64,000 nucleotides of DNA from Lepidodermella squamata (lineage: Eukaryota; Animalia; Gastrotricha): assembly GCA_047495785.1 (NCBI GenBank), contig JBLDXI010000020.1:248001-312000 (forward strand). Direction: 5' to 3'. The notes beneath the pieces were generated by a model. It was not told the DNA's origin, searched no databases, and saw only the letters and a list, made by a program, of their open reading frames with translations. Every line of letters begins with the position of its first letter. Within the stretch, counting starts at the first letter, position 1. Position numbers and translations under genes: made by a program. Of this stretch, positions 59,756 to 64,000 are shown piece by piece.

Positions 59756-62128
59756 ATGGTTGATATCCCGAGCTTGGAAGATGCCGCTAAACAGCGCGCT
59801 GTCGACTATGTAACGCGATTACTGGAAGTCCCTGAAAATCTGGAAAAGTTGGACATGTTGCGCATGAAAGCTCGGCGGCAGTGTGAAGCTATGGATGCTC
59901 AGTTGAAATCTGCCATGCAGAGTCAACTCGAGGATATAAAAACAGGCCTGGAACAATTGCAAGGTTGCGTTGCACTGGGCGCGGAAGTGCATTCCAATTT
60001 TGGTGAAGTTCGTGCGCTATATCAGTCCGTTTCTGGCAGAGCCCACGAACTGGATGCTATGCGCCCCATTGCTGATAAACGCGGAAGATTGGCTAAAACT
60101 CTTGAACACATTCGCCATGTCGTGAAAGTTGAAGAAAATATTAAGAAAATAGAGCTTTACATTGGTGAAGACAAGCTGCTACACGCTCACAAGTTGCTTA
60201 GCGAGCTCGAGGTATCTCGTGATGAAGTGCTTGTTTCACTGGCCAAGGAGCCCACGTCTTCGGCCGATGATGTTGCAATGATTAAGCGCTATTTTGCGCC
60301 TGTAGAACAGCAAATGACGGCGTTAGAAAAACGCATATCATACTACATGGGACGACTTCTAGCTACCTGTAAGGCTAATCCAGTAATTGTCGTTTCGTGC
60401 TTACGAGTCGTCGAGCGTGAAGAGCTTTTGGACGCAGAGTACGAAACTCGAGCGCGTGAAGACTCGTACAAATTTTCAAGCCGACCGAAGCGTTGGCGTG
60501 AAAGCCTTGTCTTCTCGCCTATCGATGACTACGTGAAAGAGCGAATTCAAGGCCTTCAAACCGAGTCTCGTGAAACGAAAGACTTCTGGCTTTCACTGTA
60601 CCTCGAAAACGTGTTGAGTCAGTTAGCAACCGATATTGCTGATGTTCAAAATACCGTCGTCGCGTGTTTCCCACCTAAATACGAAATTCTGGAGCGGTTT
60701 ATTCGCTCTTATCACACGGCGATCGCGGATCGGCTATTAGAGCTTTACCGTGAAGGAATACAGGACAAGGAGTGCTTATCTCTTCTTCATTGGATTCATC
60801 AACGTTATTATGGCCCCGATGGCTTGACGAACCCTAAACTGAGAATTCCAACGCGTTTGCTTGAGTGCCTTCCCCCTCTGTTACCCGAAGACCTTCTGGA
60901 ACAGTGCCAGACTTTTTACTTATCCTCGACGAAGGCAAACATCAAGTCTTGGCTTCGCACTTGTCTCGAGAAGAACGTTGAATTCTGGCGAACTGAAACG
61001 AAACCCGACTTTGACATTAACGGTTTTGCTCTGACAAACATTCCAATTGACGTTTTTCAAATGTTTCGTGAAACTGTAAAGGAGGCGCGTGGAACTGTTG
61101 GTGCGCAGTTGACATATGAAATTATCGAAGCATGCGTGGACCAACTCGAAGTCCTGGTGAAAGATTTATTCAGTGAAGTGAACAAATATCGGGCCGCTTA
61201 TTTCAAGGCTCCCGGGACCATCAAACACTTCGCCTTATATAATATATCTGTTGCTAATTCTTGCGATATGTTTACCCGTTTTCTGGCAGACATGATTGCA
61301 GATTACCAGGATGTAATTTCCCAAGCTCAAGATGCGAATCCTTTTGGATCGACGCTATTATCGAAAGTTGAGATAGTGAATGATTCCCTTGCTATGTTAC
61401 CGAATACCATTGTGACGATTCTGGGTGACATGGTCTTGCGTGATGTTGCTGGTGTTTTGCGATATTTACTTTCTCGTGACAAATGGTTTGTCGTGTCAAT
61501 GCGTTGCGGTACAATTTGTGGAACAATCGAAGACTACTGGCAAGACTCTTTCGTCCATTTACGCCCGGTTTATTACCGCTTGTTAATCGGTTCGTTACAA
61601 GAGCGAATCGTTGCTCAATATCTCGCAGCTCTTAATCCTCCGCGAATCAAGCTTAAAGAGGACGAATTCGCTCCTTTCGGGGAAAAATTACGCGAAGATG
61701 CTGATACTTATATGGGTTTTTTCGAGTCCATAGAGAGCACAGCCTCTTCGCCTGATGTTGGCGGCGGGTTTGATTCGCCGTTCCGAATTCTTGATGGAAT
61801 AGCTGATTTATTAACCACGCCTTCTGATTCTGATTCAATGAGCCTTGTGGTTGGAACATTTGTCAAGCGGTATCCTGATGTACCCGAACCGCTTCTAACA
61901 GCTGTTCTTGTTTTTCGTGGCATACCGACAAACGAAGCACGTGCCTACGCGGACGACTCGAAGAAGGCGTTTCTACCTTCCTCTGCTCGCAATCCGGGTG
62001 CTACTAAATTCAGGAATATATTTGCTCTGATGTCACAGCCACTACCTAGTGACGCCCAGCCGGCTTCGCTTACCGGAAAACTTGCTCAAGTGGTTGGCGG
62101 TGGATCTAGTCAGCAAAATCAGTCCTAA
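59756..62128 (+). CDS. EXOC3: Exocyst complex component 3 (Sec6), intronless CDS
   Basis: LLEVPENLEKL, AMDAQLKSAMQSQLEDIKTGL, KLLHAHKLLSELEVSRDEVL, LRVVEREE, RPKRWR, VACFPPKYEI, TICGTIEDY, FVKRYPDV. The ATG at 59756 fits the family N-terminus better than 59711. AATAAA at 62181. Confidence 0.96.
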   Translation: MVDIPSLEDAAKQRAVDYVTRLLEVPENLEKLDMLRMKARRQCEAMDAQLKSAMQSQLEDIKTGLEQLQGCVALGAEVHSNFGEVRALYQSVSGRAHELDAMRPIADKRGRLAKTLEHIRHVVKVEENIKKIELYIGEDKLLHAHKLLSELEVSRDEVLVSLAKEPTSSADDVAMIKRYFAPVEQQMTALEKRISYYMGRLLATCKANPVIVVSCLRVVEREELLDAEYETRAREDSYKFSSRPKRWRESLVFSPIDDYVKERIQGLQTESRETKDFWLSLYLENVLSQLATDIADVQNTVVACFPPKYEILERFIRSYHTAIADRLLELYREGIQDKECLSLLHWIHQRYYGPDGLTNPKLRIPTRLLECLPPLLPEDLLEQCQTFYLSSTKANIKSWLRTCLEKNVEFWRTETKPDFDINGFALTNIPIDVFQMFRETVKEARGTVGAQLTYEIIEACVDQLEVLVKDLFSEVNKYRAAYFKAPGTIKHFALYNISVANSCDMFTRFLADMIADYQDVISQAQDANPFGSTLLSKVEIVNDSLAMLPNTIVTILGDMVLRDVAGVLRYLLSRDKWFVVSMRCGTICGTIEDYWQDSFVHLRPVYYRLLIGSLQERIVAQYLAALNPPRIKLKEDEFAPFGEKLREDADTYMGFFESIESTASSPDVGGGFDSPFRILDGIADLLTTPSDSDSMSLVVGTFVKRYPDVPEPLLTAVLVFRGIPTNEARAYADDSKKAFLPSSARNPGATKFRNIFALMSQPLPSDAQPASLTGKLAQVVGGGSSQQNQS

Positions 62129-62687
62129 GAAGAACCATCAAAATTCATAAATTATTTGATTTGCTCGCTAAATTTTTATCAATAAATTAGATATATTGGA
62201 CAATCATCCGACTTTTTAATATTCGGCCCTGTCATGTGATAAGAATTCGGCTATGCCTGTCTTGTCTACCTGAAACACTAAGCTTGACTTGAAAATTTGC
62301 GGAAGGGAATACCTGGCCTTGTAGCTACAATTTGTCGTTATTTCTGAACTGAAGTTGTTTAAGTTGAACCTAACGAACGAATTTAGTTGGGAGGCATAGC
62401 TTGAAGGAAATATGATTACATAATCGTCAAATTAAATGCTTCGTCCAAGCCCTTTAGATTGGTGGCTCAGTTGTGGAATTTTCATGTCCATTCTCCAATA
62501 CTCTGTAAATGAATTTCAACTCATTGAAGGCATGCAATAATGGGGCGAACCATTTTGGTAGCACGCAGCTATTCATGGAATGTTCTTTTAATTGACGTGA
62601 TTGACTTTCCGATTTTCTTCCTTTTTTCCGTACCCTTACTTTTGTAATTAATAATTTCTCCTTCTTTAATAGGCCCAACACTATTAA

Positions 62688-63821
62688 ATGTCTTCGTGTT
62701 TCTTTTGTTCAAATGGAAATGCTCCGTACAAATGCCCTCGTTGTGCAGCACCCTACTGCTCGTTGAAGTGTTACAAAGGCGAAAAACACAGCGATTGCAG
62801 CGAGTCTTTCTACAAAGAATGGGTCGAGGAAGAAACTCGAGGTCAAAAGTGCGATCCGAGCAGGAAACAGAATATGGTCGACATTCTCCGCCGTCAGTTG
62901 GAGGCTGACTCTGATGAACCGATCCCTGAAGATTTCGAAGAAATCGAAGGCGGCGATGATGGGGATGAAGACGACGATAGTGCTGAAGAGGATGACCTCG
63001 AAGTCCGCATGGCTGGGCTGGATTTAGATAGGAATCCCGACGAGATTTGGGCAAGGCTCACTGTTAAAGAGCGGAAAGAATTTGAACGTATTCTTGAAAA
63101 TAGCGAGATTTTGAATTTGGTTCCAACTTGGAAGCCGTGGTGGAAAAGTGCTTCTGTCGTAGTTGAGGATGATTATCTGTCCAAGTTGAGTCTATATGAA
63201 AAATTGGTTCCGGCTGGTAATTCGGCCCCTCTGGAAACTGACATTTGTGCGATTTTGTTCTCGTACTGCTTGTTGAGCAGATTTTACAATGGAGAATACG
63301 ATAAAAACAGCGACACTTTCACTGCCGATTTAGTTGCGTTTACTCCTTGCTTTGATGGAAGAGATCATAAGCCGAGTGGGGATGTTTCTATCGCTGTTAT
63401 GTTGGTCTACCAGCGCTGCTCTTCACTCAACGAAGAATTTCGGAAAATTATGGACGTGAATTACGCTTGCAAGCTCATCAACGATGTTATCGCAATTATT
63501 TCGGTCAAGCAACACCTCCACCGAGCGTTTTTCGACTTACTATCGATCGCAAGTCGTGGTACTCAGCTTATGAAGAGCTCAAAAGCGGAAGCCTCCCTCG
63601 TTAAGAAACTGTCACTTGCTAAAAAGAAGCTCGAATTTATGTCCGGATGGATTTCTAAATCAGGCGTGACCTTGTTTAAAACGTGCTCAAATCGTCTACT
63701 CTTATTGGCTTCTGCAATGAAAGCGGATTCTGCTGAGTTCCAAGAAATCATGCGCGATATCGAAACCTCCGGTTTACGTCAATCTGTTCAGCCGGTAAAC
63801 AAAATACAGGAAATCGGCTAA
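62688..63821 (+). CDS. ZNHIT2: Zinc finger HIT domain-containing protein 2, intronless
   Basis: CFFC...YKCPRCAAPYCSLKCYKGEKHSDCSESFYKEWV, LEVRMAGLDLD...IWARLT..ER.EF, WKPWW, AKKKLEFMSGW, C-terminal KIQEI. Confidence 0.95.
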   Translation: MSSCFFCSNGNAPYKCPRCAAPYCSLKCYKGEKHSDCSESFYKEWVEEETRGQKCDPSRKQNMVDILRRQLEADSDEPIPEDFEEIEGGDDGDEDDDSAEEDDLEVRMAGLDLDRNPDEIWARLTVKERKEFERILENSEILNLVPTWKPWWKSASVVVEDDYLSKLSLYEKLVPAGNSAPLETDICAILFSYCLLSRFYNGEYDKNSDTFTADLVAFTPCFDGRDHKPSGDVSIAVMLVYQRCSSLNEEFRKIMDVNYACKLINDVIAIISVKQHLHRAFFDLLSIASRGTQLMKSSKAEASLVKKLSLAKKKLEFMSGWISKSGVTLFKTCSNRLLLLASAMKADSAEFQEIMRDIETSGLRQSVQPVNKIQEIG

Positions 63822-64000
63822 CTTGACTTATGAATGTGATATATTTTTTCGAAAATAAAAGCGATTTTTTTCATCAACGTGTTTTACCGTGAAATAAGAG
63901 CATCATAACAACCATTAATCATAGAGGCCTAACGGCTTCGTGTTTTTATTTTCTGCTTTGTCTTCATCTCTTCAATATAGCACAAATCGATCAACACCAC

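Overview
This is eukaryotic (metazoan) nuclear DNA from a very compact genome, read with the standard genetic code. Most introns are 45-65 nt and GT-AG, with two GC-AG. I reconstructed 16 protein-coding genes by hand-splicing: calumenin/reticulocalbin, an sFRP1/2/5-like gene that the ORF track does not show, an orphan secreted peptide gene, TMEM86, RSPH14, TRAPPC11, SMPD4, FBXL4, PIGV, INTS4, SPT5, MCM9, FoxN1/4, PHF3/DIDO1, EXOC3 and ZNHIT2. RSPH14 points to an invertebrate with motile cilia, but I cannot name the taxon. Mobile DNA comprises two decayed LINE fragments and five small inverted-repeat elements: one Tc2/pogo-like, one hAT with an 8-bp TSD, two copies of a TTAGGG-containing foldback, and one carrying Pol III A/B boxes. 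The most notable signals are: (1) two back-to-back candidate operons (SMPD4-TRAPPC11 and FBXL4-PIGV-INTS4), plus a 3' splice acceptor just upstream of the ATG in most genes, suggesting spliced-leader trans-splicing; (2) the same telomere-repeat foldback element just upstream of each of the divergent SPT5 and MCM9 genes; (3) an orphan signal-peptide precursor ending in Cys-Gly-Lys-stop; (4) a MITE that inserts new AATAAA signals into the TRAPPC11 3' UTR. Gene identities come from recalled motifs, not database searches, and exon boundaries are manual predictions.
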